A stretch of DNA of 64,000 nucleotides from a bacterium (lineage in GTDB: Archaea; Thermoplasmatota; E2; JACPAO01; JAHFTW01). The translations under genes were made by a program, and so were the position numbers. Where the stretch lies: contig JAZJZE010000003.1 in assembly GCA_040390065.1 (NCBI GenBank), forward strand, positions 1 through 64,000. Reading direction: 5' to 3'. This document shows positions 8,702-17,076 of this stretch, in pieces (the stretch's first letter is position 1; each line of letters begins with the position of its first letter). Below the pieces are notes generated by a model. The model did not search any database, had not been told where the DNA came from, and saw nothing but the letters and a program-made list of their open reading frames with translations.

Positions 8702-9331
8702 CTAGAACACCCGGCGCGTGCTTTCCATGAAGAGGCCCTTGTCCGTTTCTTTGAAGAGGAGGAAGCGCGCCGAATCGGGAACACCGCGCATCTTCGTCAC
8801 CTTGAGGTATGGGTAAAGCCCAAAGCCCTGGCGGTCGAAGCCCAGCTCCATGACGCCGTCGGCCCACAGCTTGAGGAGCGCGATCTCCTTCGTGGTGTGC
8901 AGTTCCGGCGTCGCGGTGACCAGGAGGGTGCCCTCCGACTTGTGCACTTGGTCGCGCAGGGCCCGCAGGCGTGCAAAGCCCGCATCCCAGCCGATCGAGG
9001 CGACGTGTTCGCTGAACGAGTCCAGGACGTAGCGCTCGCCGCCGAAGTCCGGCAGTTTGTCCTTGGCGGCCCCCCCGAGCTGCACGACCTGGATGCGCCC
9101 TTTTGCCCCCTCGGCGCCGATGGCCTTCACCCCGTCCTGGATCTGCGCGTCCTCGCCGGAGGTCGTGACGAAGATGCACTTGCCCAGCTTGTTGCCGCCC
9201 GCGAAGTGGTACGTAAACAGCTCGTGGGCGTTCATGGGCTCGCCCAGAAGCAGCACCACCGACCCCCCCGGGATCCCGCCGCCCAGTTGGGCGTCCAGGC
9301 CCGAGAGGCCCGTGGTGAGCCGCTTCGACAC
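8702..9331 (-). CDS. KaiC/RAD55-like RecA-superfamily ATPase domain protein (degenerate Walker A)
   Basis: TGLSGLDAQLGGGIPGGSVVLLLGEP, Walker B YVLDS, C-terminal LKVTKMRG. Start GTG 9331; the ORF is open to 9370. Confidence 0.85.
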   Translation of the reverse strand: MSKRLTTGLSGLDAQLGGGIPGGSVVLLLGEPMNAHELFTYHFAGGNKLGKCIFVTTSGEDAQIQDGVKAIGAEGAKGRIQVVQLGGAAKDKLPDFGGERYVLDSFSEHVASIGWDAGFARLRALRDQVHKSEGTLLVTATPELHTTKEIALLKLWADGVMELGFDRQGFGLYPYLKVTKMRGVPDSARFLLFKETDKGLFMESTRRVF

Positions 9332-9415
9332 AGGGAGAGAGACCCCCTCTATGTTTGAAACCGTTGTCAACTGTTGCCAGGAGGAAAACCGGCCTGCCGC
9401 GGGGGCCCGAAGGGC

Positions 9416-10117
9416 TCAGCGCTGCGGCAGGGGTAGCGTTCCGACCCAGACCCAGGTAAGGGCGCCCACCAGGAGAGGGACGAAGAAGGGAAGCTTGGGC
9501 GTCACCCACACGGTCGTGACCCCGGCTTGCTCCAAGGCTGCGTATCGGGCTGCCATACGCTCGTCGAGGCCGCCGCCGAGCTTCACCCAATACCGGAACC
9601 GCACCCTGCCGGCGGCGTCCACCTCCTGGATGGGCCAGACCTTTGCGTTGCGGGCACGGCCCAGCTCCATCGGCACCGCGAGGAACGCCGCGGGGAGGCG
9701 GAAGCGGCCGTGGCCGGCGTTCCACAACAGGAATACGACGGGGACTAGGGCGCCCGCGATCGAGGCCAACGCCAAGGTGCCCAAGGCGGGAGGCACGGGG
9801 AGTCCACCCACGACCGGGCGCGGCTCCAGGACGGCGAGGACCATGAGGGCCTTGGCGTCGGCCCCGCCAAACAGGCGCAACCGCCAGACGAGGTAGAAGA
9901 AGGCCACGAGTCCGATTGCCATCGCGTCGTAGACGATGGTCTCGCGGCGGTCGACCGGCAGGGTCCACGCGAATTCCGCGAGCAGGAGGGCGCCGGCGAT
10001 GGCGACGAAGGGGAACCAGTAGCGGTTCGGCACGCGTCGCGTGCGCAGGTCCAGGACGGCCGCGCCGCCCAGCATGGAGATGGCCACGCCGAGGCGCACC
10101 GGCGCGAGATCGATCAC
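9416..10117 (-). CDS. Prepilin/preflagellin peptidase (A24, FlaK/PibD family)
   Basis: AVLDLRTRRVPNRYW, LFGGADAKAL, C-terminal VWVTPKLPFFVPLLVG; GTGA overlap with the upstream stop. Confidence 0.92.
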   Translation of the reverse strand: MIDLAPVRLGVAISMLGGAAVLDLRTRRVPNRYWFPFVAIAGALLLAEFAWTLPVDRRETIVYDAMAIGLVAFFYLVWRLRLFGGADAKALMVLAVLEPRPVVGGLPVPPALGTLALASIAGALVPVVFLLWNAGHGRFRLPAAFLAVPMELGRARNAKVWPIQEVDAAGRVRFRYWVKLGGGLDERMAARYAALEQAGVTTVWVTPKLPFFVPLLVGALTWVWVGTLPLPQR

Positions 10118-11160
10118 GTGGCCCCCGTCATGCGCGAGCGCAGAGTCGCGGCGAATTCGTCGTTGCGGTGCGGCGCCGGCGCAAACAGCAGGTCGCGGGC
10201 CCATCCGGCATCTGCCGGCGGCGGTGGCGCCTGGGCCCAATCCATGAGCGTCGGCTGGCTTGGGGAATGGCACGGGACCCGGTCGGCAAGTTCGGCGTTG
10301 AGGCCTTCGGGGTGCAGTCCCGGGTTGAGCGCGAGGCCAACGGGGAGCCCGGAGCAGAACGCCTCCAGGCCGAGGCTGCTCGTGTCGGTGAGCACGGCCC
10401 GGGCGCCCTGTAGCAGCTTGTAGGGGTCCGCGTCTGCAGGGGCGATGGTGATGCCGGCGGCCTCGGCGAGGCGTTTGCGCGTCTTTGCCGACTGGTCGTG
10501 CGTGACGGTCAGGGGATGCAGCTTGACGAGGACAGGAACGGACCTGGCGATGCGCACGACCTCGTCGGCAAACGGCTCGAGGCTGGACTGGTTGACGCCG
10601 CCGAGGTACTTGCGGTTGTCCCACGTCGGCAACCAGAGAACGGGGCCGTCCGGGTCGCTTTCCAGTCCCGCCGTCTCGTTGAGGGCGACGTGGCCGAAGC
10701 GCGAGACCTCGGCGTCCTTGAGGAAGCCCTCGAAGAGGTCGGCCCAACGCGGGCCGTACGCGTTCACTTGCTGGTAGCGGCTGCGCCGCATGCCCGGGCG
10801 CTCTGGAGCGCGCAGGAAGGGAGCAGGAAGACGCACCGTCCGCATGGCCATGTTCGCGGCCGTACGGGCCCGGACGAAGCGCCCACGCTGCAGGAAGAGC
10901 GGGTTGGTGGTGTAGCCTTTGTCGCCCAAGCCGTGGAACACTTGCACGTTCCAGGCGCCACGCACGGGGGGGCGCGTGTCGGCGTGGACGACGACGGAGG
11001 CGGTCTCGGGCGGCGCCACGAGCACGTCCTGGACGCGGGCGATGAGCGGGGCGAGGTGGGCAAGCTCATGGGCATGGCGGTGGGGGAACGCGATGCCGGG
11101 GCGCAACGGTCCAGGCAGGCCGCGCCTGCTCATGAGCCGCACGGTCCGTCGCGGCATCAT
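10114..11160 (-). CDS. CDP-glycerol glycerophosphotransferase (TagB/TagF) family protein
   Basis: VQVFHGLGDKGY, VLWLPTWD, VLVKLHPL, VLTDTSSLGLE motifs; ATGA overlap with the upstream stop. Confidence 0.8.
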   Translation of the reverse strand: MMPRRTVRLMSRRGLPGPLRPGIAFPHRHAHELAHLAPLIARVQDVLVAPPETASVVVHADTRPPVRGAWNVQVFHGLGDKGYTTNPLFLQRGRFVRARTAANMAMRTVRLPAPFLRAPERPGMRRSRYQQVNAYGPRWADLFEGFLKDAEVSRFGHVALNETAGLESDPDGPVLWLPTWDNRKYLGGVNQSSLEPFADEVVRIARSVPVLVKLHPLTVTHDQSAKTRKRLAEAAGITIAPADADPYKLLQGARAVLTDTSSLGLEAFCSGLPVGLALNPGLHPEGLNAELADRVPCHSPSQPTLMDWAQAPPPPADAGWARDLLFAPAPHRNDEFAATLRSRMTGAT

Positions 11161-13409
11161 TCGTGGTGCCAGATGGTCATGAGCGTTGGATGTGCGTCGT
11201 CCGCCGTGGCCCACGTGTCCAGGACCTGGTGGTACGCGGCCGGCAGGGCGTGCTCGGCATAGTGGGGGACGAGCACCCAGGTCGTCGAAAGCGATCCGAC
11301 ATCGGCTGCCGTCTCGGGACAACGTGGCGGCGCTAGCGCATCGTGGCTGCACGCAATCACCACGGGAACGTCGCGGCGACCGTTGTCGGTGAGTTGGAAA
11401 TAGAAGCGGTAGGCGAAGTGGTTGTCGTTGTCGACGAAGGCCACCGAGTCGCCGTCGTGCAGGCGGGGTCCGAGTTCGTCCGCGAGCGCCTGGGTGTACG
11501 ACGTGCTAGGTTTGGCGAAGTACAGCGAACCCGTGACGAGCAGGACGACCGTGACGAGGGTGGCGAGGCGCACGGCGCGGTCCTTCGGCGAGGCGTGGCG
11601 CATGAGGAGCCAGACTGCGGGGACGGCGACGAACGCGATGTAGCGCACGTTGTTGACGAAGAATTCCCCCTCCACCAGCCACAGGCACGCGTCGATGGCG
11701 GCCGTGAGAAGGAGGGGCAACCCCAACGCGAGCCACAATCCCGAGTCATGCTCCGACTTGAGTTTGGGGATCGACGCAAGCCGCGGCAGCCAAGGCAGAA
11801 GGGCGAGGTAGACGAGGTAGCCCGCCGTGGCGTAGAACACGAGCGTGACGAGGAACAGGTACGCCCACTGCAGCGGGTGGGACAATGCGGCGTGGTACGC
11901 GTTCGTGATGTGCAGGCTGGTGTCCCAGGAACCGAAGAGGAGGATGTTGCGGATGGCCCAGATGGCCACGAGCGATCCGAAGGCCAGGATGGCCGTGACG
12001 TACGCCGGGTCGCGCAGGACTTTCCAGCCCTTCCAGTGCAGGCGCCAGGCGAGGCCGCCGAGGCCGGCGATGATGAAGAACGGCCCCATCGTCGATTTCG
12101 TCAGGTACCCCAGGCCAGCGAGGATGCCCGCGGGCACGATGTACCACGGCCGCTCCAGGCTCTTCAGGATGGCCCATAGCGTTGCGACGAAGAGGGCGAG
12201 CACCAGGTTCTCGCTGTAGCCTTGGCCGGTGTTCTGCACGAGGATGGGGCTCACGGCGACGAGGGCGACGGCGACGAGGCCTTGCCGGGGCCCGTAGAGG
12301 TCACGCGTGCAAGCGTACGTGACGACCATGGCGGCGAGACTGCTGACGATGGATGCGACGTGCACGGCGCCCGCGTTGACTCCGAGCACCTCGAAGAAGC
12401 CCGCGAGATACAGCGGATACAAGGGCGGGTAGTGGTGCGAAGGGACTTGCGCCGTAAGGAACGTGTGCACGTCGCCCCACGGCATGGCGAAGTCGGTGCC
12501 GCCGTGCCGGACGAAGCTGTGGGCCATTGCGGAGTACGCGTACGAGTCGACGGCCAGCGGCGTCCACCAATAGCTCGCGATGCGAAGGACGACGCCAAGT
12601 CCTACCAGGCCGGCGAGCCATGGCACGGGTCGTTCCAGGATGCGGCTCGCGGTTGCATCAAGACGCCCCAGCGCCGAGTCGGCCGTTGCGAGTTGGGTGA
12701 GGTGGAATCCCATCAGGCTCAGTGCGAACCAGGCGACGGCGAGGGCGCAACCCGCAAGCGCGTCGGTCGGCCAGGCGACACCTGCGAGGATGGGCCCCGC
12801 GACGCCGGCGACGCCGGCCGCGACGAGCCAGGGAACATGCCGCCGCGAGCCCGGCCGTAGTCGTGCGACGAGGAACAACGCCAGAAGGACGAGGCCGGGA
12901 AGAAGGGCGGCGCCGTCATTGGGGAAGGACGTGGCGCCCGTGAAGAACGGCTGTGCGGCAGGGGGCAGGCGCGGGTAGACGACCTTGAGCACGACGAGCA
13001 CGGCGGCCAGCCCGGGGCCGGCGACCAGGGCGAAGTAGGCCTCAGGCCAACGACCGCGCCGAGCCGCCCACAGAAACAGCGCGAACAGACCGAACAGCGC
13101 GAAAGGGAATGAAACGAGCCAGGCGAAGGGGAGGGCAATCGTGTGGACGAGACCCGCGGAGAAGCGGCCGCTCACCGAGAGTTCCCATGCCGGCGTGCCT
13201 GGGCCGACGGCCACGATGACGGCCGCGAGCGCAGCGCTGGCAGCGGCAGCAGCGAAGAGGACGACGCCGGCTTGCGGCCTCGGGATCGCCAGGCGGCGCC
13301 GGATGGCTTCGTAGCCGAAGATGGCACCTACGACGCAGGCTGCGGCCAGCAAGAGCGGCGGCCCGTAGACGTACATGGAGTACTGGCCGTCGACGTGCGT
13401 GCTCCACAA
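11157..13409 (-). CDS. GT-C glycosyltransferase (family 39/ArnT/PMT-like) fused to an N-terminal PAP2-like domain
   Basis: DSYAYSAMA, HYPPLYPLYLA, YSENLVLAL, GLGYLTKS motifs; the N-terminal part has PAP2-like spacing (KVVYPRLPP, SFPNDG, GVAWPTD). Confidence 0.82.
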   Translation of the reverse strand: MWSTHVDGQYSMYVYGPPLLLAAACVVGAIFGYEAIRRRLAIPRPQAGVVLFAAAAASAALAAVIVAVGPGTPAWELSVSGRFSAGLVHTIALPFAWLVSFPFALFGLFALFLWAARRGRWPEAYFALVAGPGLAAVLVVLKVVYPRLPPAAQPFFTGATSFPNDGAALLPGLVLLALFLVARLRPGSRRHVPWLVAAGVAGVAGPILAGVAWPTDALAGCALAVAWFALSLMGFHLTQLATADSALGRLDATASRILERPVPWLAGLVGLGVVLRIASYWWTPLAVDSYAYSAMAHSFVRHGGTDFAMPWGDVHTFLTAQVPSHHYPPLYPLYLAGFFEVLGVNAGAVHVASIVSSLAAMVVTYACTRDLYGPRQGLVAVALVAVSPILVQNTGQGYSENLVLALFVATLWAILKSLERPWYIVPAGILAGLGYLTKSTMGPFFIIAGLGGLAWRLHWKGWKVLRDPAYVTAILAFGSLVAIWAIRNILLFGSWDTSLHITNAYHAALSHPLQWAYLFLVTLVFYATAGYLVYLALLPWLPRLASIPKLKSEHDSGLWLALGLPLLLTAAIDACLWLVEGEFFVNNVRYIAFVAVPAVWLLMRHASPKDRAVRLATLVTVVLLVTGSLYFAKPSTSYTQALADELGPRLHDGDSVAFVDNDNHFAYRFYFQLTDNGRRDVPVVIACSHDALAPPRCPETAADVGSLSTTWVLVPHYAEHALPAAYHQVLDTWATADDAHPTLMTIWHHE

Positions 13410-13480
13410 GGCAGCCCTCGATGACGGCGGCGTCCGTTTGAGGGCTTTGGTGGCTGGAAGTGATGCACCGACCTCTAGGC

Positions 13481-14323
13481 TCAGCGGCGCTTGCGAAACG
13501 CGCTACGACCCGATGCGACCATGACGATAGCCGTCACCTGCAACGCCAACAGCAGCACGATGCCGACGTAGAAGACGCCCACCAGCAAGGTCCACAGAAA
13601 CAGGAGTCCGGTGAGCACGACCGTTGGCATCGGAGCTGCGACGGCGAGGTTGGGTGTGCGCAGGGCGAGGGCCGCACCGCCGCCGACGGCCATGAGCAGG
13701 AACGCGACGCCGCTCACCATCAGCACCACAAGGGCCATCTGGTTGAACTCCTGCAAGCCAAGCCAAGCCGTCGAACGGGCGGGGTCTGCGACGTCGAGGT
13801 GCACCTCCTCGCTGGCCGGCCAGACCACGAAGGCGCGGCGTTCGAGGGTGATGTTGCCGGCATGCACGGTGATGTTCACGGCGGCCTGCCGGTCGAGGGT
13901 GACGTTGAACCAGCCGTTGTCGTCCGTGATGCCGGACTTGAACGCGACGCCGGACGGAAGGGCAAGGGCCACGGTGGCGTTGGGCACGGCCGTGCCGTTG
14001 TCGAGGATCTGCAGATGCAGGTCGCCGGCCGGGATGGGCGAGTCGCCGGTCAGCCCGACGAAACTGTCTATGCTGCCCTCGGGATGGAAGCCCGCACTCG
14101 CCAAGCCGTAGCCCCACAAGCCGAAGAAGGCCAGACCCATGAACAGGAGGATGGCGCCCCCCATCTGGGCGCGGCGGCGGCGTGGGTCGTTGGCGAGCAC
14201 CGGGACGCGGACTTCGGGATCCTTGCCGCGGATGGTGGAGCCGCAGCGCGGGCAGAACGCCGTGGTGTCGGCGTCGTAGCGGTTGCCGCATTCAGCGCAC
14301 GGGACCCAACGGGGCACGGCCAT
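13481..14323 (-). CDS. Membrane protein with N-terminal Zn ribbon and extracellular carboxypeptidase-regulatory-like domain
   Basis: CAECG...CPRCG, a TM helix, V.NATV.L...GITDDNGWF, three C-terminal TMs. Confidence 0.7.
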   Translation of the reverse strand: MAVPRWVPCAECGNRYDADTTAFCPRCGSTIRGKDPEVRVPVLANDPRRRRAQMGGAILLFMGLAFFGLWGYGLASAGFHPEGSIDSFVGLTGDSPIPAGDLHLQILDNGTAVPNATVALALPSGVAFKSGITDDNGWFNVTLDRQAAVNITVHAGNITLERRAFVVWPASEEVHLDVADPARSTAWLGLQEFNQMALVVLMVSGVAFLLMAVGGGAALALRTPNLAVAAPMPTVVLTGLLFLWTLLVGVFYVGIVLLLALQVTAIVMVASGRSAFRKRR

Positions 14324-14433
14324 GGCGAGCCGGCCGGATGGAAAAAGGCCGTGCATCGGGGACAGGGCGAGCCCGCGATGGCCCCCTTTCCCGCCGGCGA
14401 CACCTTGAAAACTCCAAAGGTCTGCCAAGCGCC

Positions 14434-14760
14434 ATGGCCCTACGCATCCGCTGCCCCCAGTGCCGGACCGTGCAGCGCATCCCCGCCGGTGTGCGCCCCG
14501 TCTGCCCCAAGTGCGGTTTTGCCGGCAACTCGGCCGCGCAAGCGCAAGCCGAAGCATCGGACGTGAGCGCCTGGGCCCAGGCCGACCCCGCCGCAGGCCC
14601 GCAGGTCACCTGGGACACACCCGCCGGCGAACAGGCCGCCGAAGGCGCACCTGCCGAGGCATGGGGCGAAGCGCAGTGGCCGCAAGCGGAAGGCGAAGCT
14701 CCCATGGAGGAGTCCGCCGAGTCGCCGAAGAAGAAGGGCTGGTTCGGCCGCTCGAAGTAG
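14434..14760 (+). CDS. Small Zn-ribbon protein with acidic low-complexity tail
   Basis: MALRIRCPQCRTVQ...VCPKCGF; ends KKKGWFGRSK. Confidence 0.75.
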   Translation: MALRIRCPQCRTVQRIPAGVRPVCPKCGFAGNSAAQAQAEASDVSAWAQADPAAGPQVTWDTPAGEQAAEGAPAEAWGEAQWPQAEGEAPMEESAESPKKKGWFGRSK

Positions 14761-14769
14761 CCCGACGTC

Positions 14770-15594
14770 CTACGCCGCGAACGCGGTCGCGTTCTTGCGC
14801 ACCGTCATCGTGGCCCACACGCCGATTGCAATGAGCACGATGGAATACAGGCTCAAGCCGAAGAGCAGCAGGACCACGCCGCTTGCCGCGACGCACATCG
14901 ATCCGACGAGGGCCATGCGGGCGCCCTTCTGGCGGACCAGGGCGACGCCCCCGACCACACCGATGACGAGCAGCAGGCCGATGAAGCCCAGGAAGCCAAG
15001 CAGCGTGGCAGGCATGTGCGGCGTGCCTTCGAGCCACTTCTGCGACACGGTCGTTGTCGAGAGTTCGAGCGTGTGCGTCTCGCCCGGCGGAACGTAGACT
15101 GCTCCCTGGACGGTGACATTGCCCCGGGTGGCGCTCAACGTGGCCACGGCGTGCTCGATTTTTGGGAACTTGACGGTGCCGTTGGCATCCGTCGGCCGCG
15201 AGATGAACGACGTCTGGTTGCCATAGTTGTGCAAGACGATGGTCCAGCCGGCATCGGCGGGCTGGACGTGGACGACGAGGTCCCCGCCCTTGACGGCGGG
15301 ATAGTTGTCCTCGACGGCCCTCTCGTACCCCGCATAGCCCATCACGAGTTGCGCGACCAAGAACGCGCCTAGGATGATGAAGACGAAGCCGAACGTCTTG
15401 AGGCGGCCGCGGATCTGGCGTTCGCGCAGTTCAGGCGTCATGGGGCCACGCGGACCGAACAGGCCGGGGCGTGGCGCGGGGGCGGCGTCGGCGGCGGGCG
15501 GGGTGGCGGGCGGTGTTGCCGGGGCTGCCGGCGCTGCGGGCGCGGTCGGTGTGGCCGGAGGCGTGGGGTCGGGCGTGGGCCCGGGGGAGTCCAT
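14770..15594 (-). CDS. Membrane protein, probable paralog of 13481-14323
   Basis: Pro/Ala-rich N-terminus, TM, GGDLVVHV...PTDANGTVKF domain, three C-terminal TMs. Confidence 0.7.
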   Translation of the reverse strand: MDSPGPTPDPTPPATPTAPAAPAAPATPPATPPAADAAPAPRPGLFGPRGPMTPELRERQIRGRLKTFGFVFIILGAFLVAQLVMGYAGYERAVEDNYPAVKGGDLVVHVQPADAGWTIVLHNYGNQTSFISRPTDANGTVKFPKIEHAVATLSATRGNVTVQGAVYVPPGETHTLELSTTTVSQKWLEGTPHMPATLLGFLGFIGLLLVIGVVGGVALVRQKGARMALVGSMCVAASGVVLLLFGLSLYSIVLIAIGVWATMTVRKNATAFAA

Positions 15595-15681
15595 GGGCAC
15601 GGCCACGCCGCCGCCTCCAAAAACTCTCGGGTCCTTCGGGCGGGGTCAACCGTTATGAGAACGGCCCTTCTGGCGCGGCTT

Positions 15682-16644
15682 GTGCCTGGCGTCATGGCGG
15701 CCGTCCTCGGGAACCTGGACGCGCGCAACAACTTCGGCAAGGTCGGGACCCAGAGCGACATCCACCTCCACGAGTTCAAGGAGGGAAATGTACAGGCGAT
15801 TGGCGTCGTGCCCGCCGGCTACCCCGCGTCGGTGAAGCCGCTCTCGTACGCTGTCCTCAACGTCGACGCTGCGGTCCTCGTGGTCGACAAACTGACGCCC
15901 CAAGTCGGGGAGCAGATCCTCGCCGCCGACGCTGCCGGCATCAAGTACGGTGTCATCGTCCTGCAGAACTATCTCCAGCCCGACCAACTCAAGCCCATCC
16001 TGAAGAACACGACGCTGGAAGGCTGGATGATGCTGACCGAGGAGGACTGGGCCAAGGCACGCGCTCACCTCGCAGCCGCAAAGCCCGCGGGCGACCCGGC
16101 GGCCTCCGTGCAAGTCCCCATCGACCACCACTTCAACGTCAAGGGTGTGGGCGCCGTGATCCTCGGCGTCGTCAAGCAAGGGACGCTCAAGAAGGGCGAG
16201 ACGCTGCACGCCTTCCCCGAGAAAGTCATCTGCCCCGTGCGCAGCATCCAGATCCACGACGTCGACCACGCCACCGCCGTTCCCGGCGACCGCGTCGGCC
16301 TGGCTCTTCGCAACACGCCACCGGAGATGCTCGACCGCGGCATGGTCCTCGCTCCCGCCGACGCGCCACTCGTCGTCAGCGCCAAGGACGCCGCCGTCAC
16401 GTACCGCCTCAAGCGCAGCCCCTTCAGCAAGGCGCCCCTCAAGGCCGGCGCGGTCCTTCAGATCGGCGTCGGCATGCAGTTCGTGCCCATCCGGCTGACG
16501 GAGGACTTGGGCGGGCCCGGTTCCGAGGGCGACGTCAAGGGCACGCTGGAGAAGGCGATTGTCCATTCCAAGGGCGAACGCGGGATTCTTTGGAACGCGG
16601 ATGCGACGCCGCAGCGCGTGGTTGGGGCGCTGGCATTGGGATAG
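15682..16644 (+). CDS. Archaeal SelB-like/EF-Tu domain II protein with degenerate G domain
   Basis: FGKVGTQSDI, VPIDHHFNVKGVGAVILGVVKQG, VRSIQIHD, GDRVGLALR; no GxxxxGKT P-loop. The ORF is open from 15655. Confidence 0.85.
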   Translation: MPGVMAAVLGNLDARNNFGKVGTQSDIHLHEFKEGNVQAIGVVPAGYPASVKPLSYAVLNVDAAVLVVDKLTPQVGEQILAADAAGIKYGVIVLQNYLQPDQLKPILKNTTLEGWMMLTEEDWAKARAHLAAAKPAGDPAASVQVPIDHHFNVKGVGAVILGVVKQGTLKKGETLHAFPEKVICPVRSIQIHDVDHATAVPGDRVGLALRNTPPEMLDRGMVLAPADAPLVVSAKDAAVTYRLKRSPFSKAPLKAGAVLQIGVGMQFVPIRLTEDLGGPGSEGDVKGTLEKAIVHSKGERGILWNADATPQRVVGALALG

Positions 16645-16650
16645 TCGCGG

Positions 16651-16803
16651 CTACCCATCAACCGGCGCAACCGGAGCAACCGACGCCGGCAGCCGGTTGG
16701 CAAACCAGGTGTGGCGGCGAATCTCCAACTGTGAGCTTCCGAAGTTCAGCAGGAGGGCCGTGTCCATCGTGCTAAGCCTCAGATCGTTGAGGACTTGGGC
16801 AGG
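16651..16803 (-). pseudogene. C-terminal remnant of a GxxExxY (PD-(D/E)XK nuclease superfamily) gene
   Basis: AQVLNDLRLSTMDTALLLNFGSSQLEIRR resembles the GxxExxY C-terminal consensus AQ(L/V)LNYL+..G...GLL(L/I)NFG...(L)E(I)KR; the N-terminal part is absent and GC is lower than in flanking genes. Confidence 0.7.
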
Positions 16804-16805
16804 AC

Positions 16806-16886
16806 GATGAATCCAATCCGGAAGATGAACCCAATTTCTAGCCAAGCCGAGCGATTTGGTTCATCGCGGCTTGCATTGGGTTCATC
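16806..16886. repeat. Imperfect palindrome with two GATGAA(T/C)CCAAT-type units per arm
   Basis: Left GATGAATCCAAT (16806) and GATGAACCCAAT (16824); right ATTTGGTTCATC (16854) and ATTGGGTTCATC (16875). Confidence 0.75.
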
Positions 16887-17076
16887 GGCTTCCCCGATTC
16901 TAGCCGCCGGCACCACAATCGGGCGACGTCGTCCGGAGCCGGAGTGCGGCGGCCTCGCCGTCTAGTCATGGCGGGCCCCCGACCGCGGAAGCGTCCGACC
17001 CGCGCCCCCTCCGATCCCCGCCCGAGTGTTTGGTCGGCGTCGTCGCCTTCATCAACCACCCATCCCTCGAAGGCAG

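Noticed and set aside
245-10117. Archaellum (fla/arl) operon
   Set aside because: No recognisable archaellin or FlaF/FlaG; two separate T2SSF genes and diverse pilin-like proteins fit a pilus system better.
15682-16644. Evidence for selenocysteine decoding
   Set aside because: The protein lacks GTPase motifs; no in-frame UGA selenoprotein or SECIS was seen.
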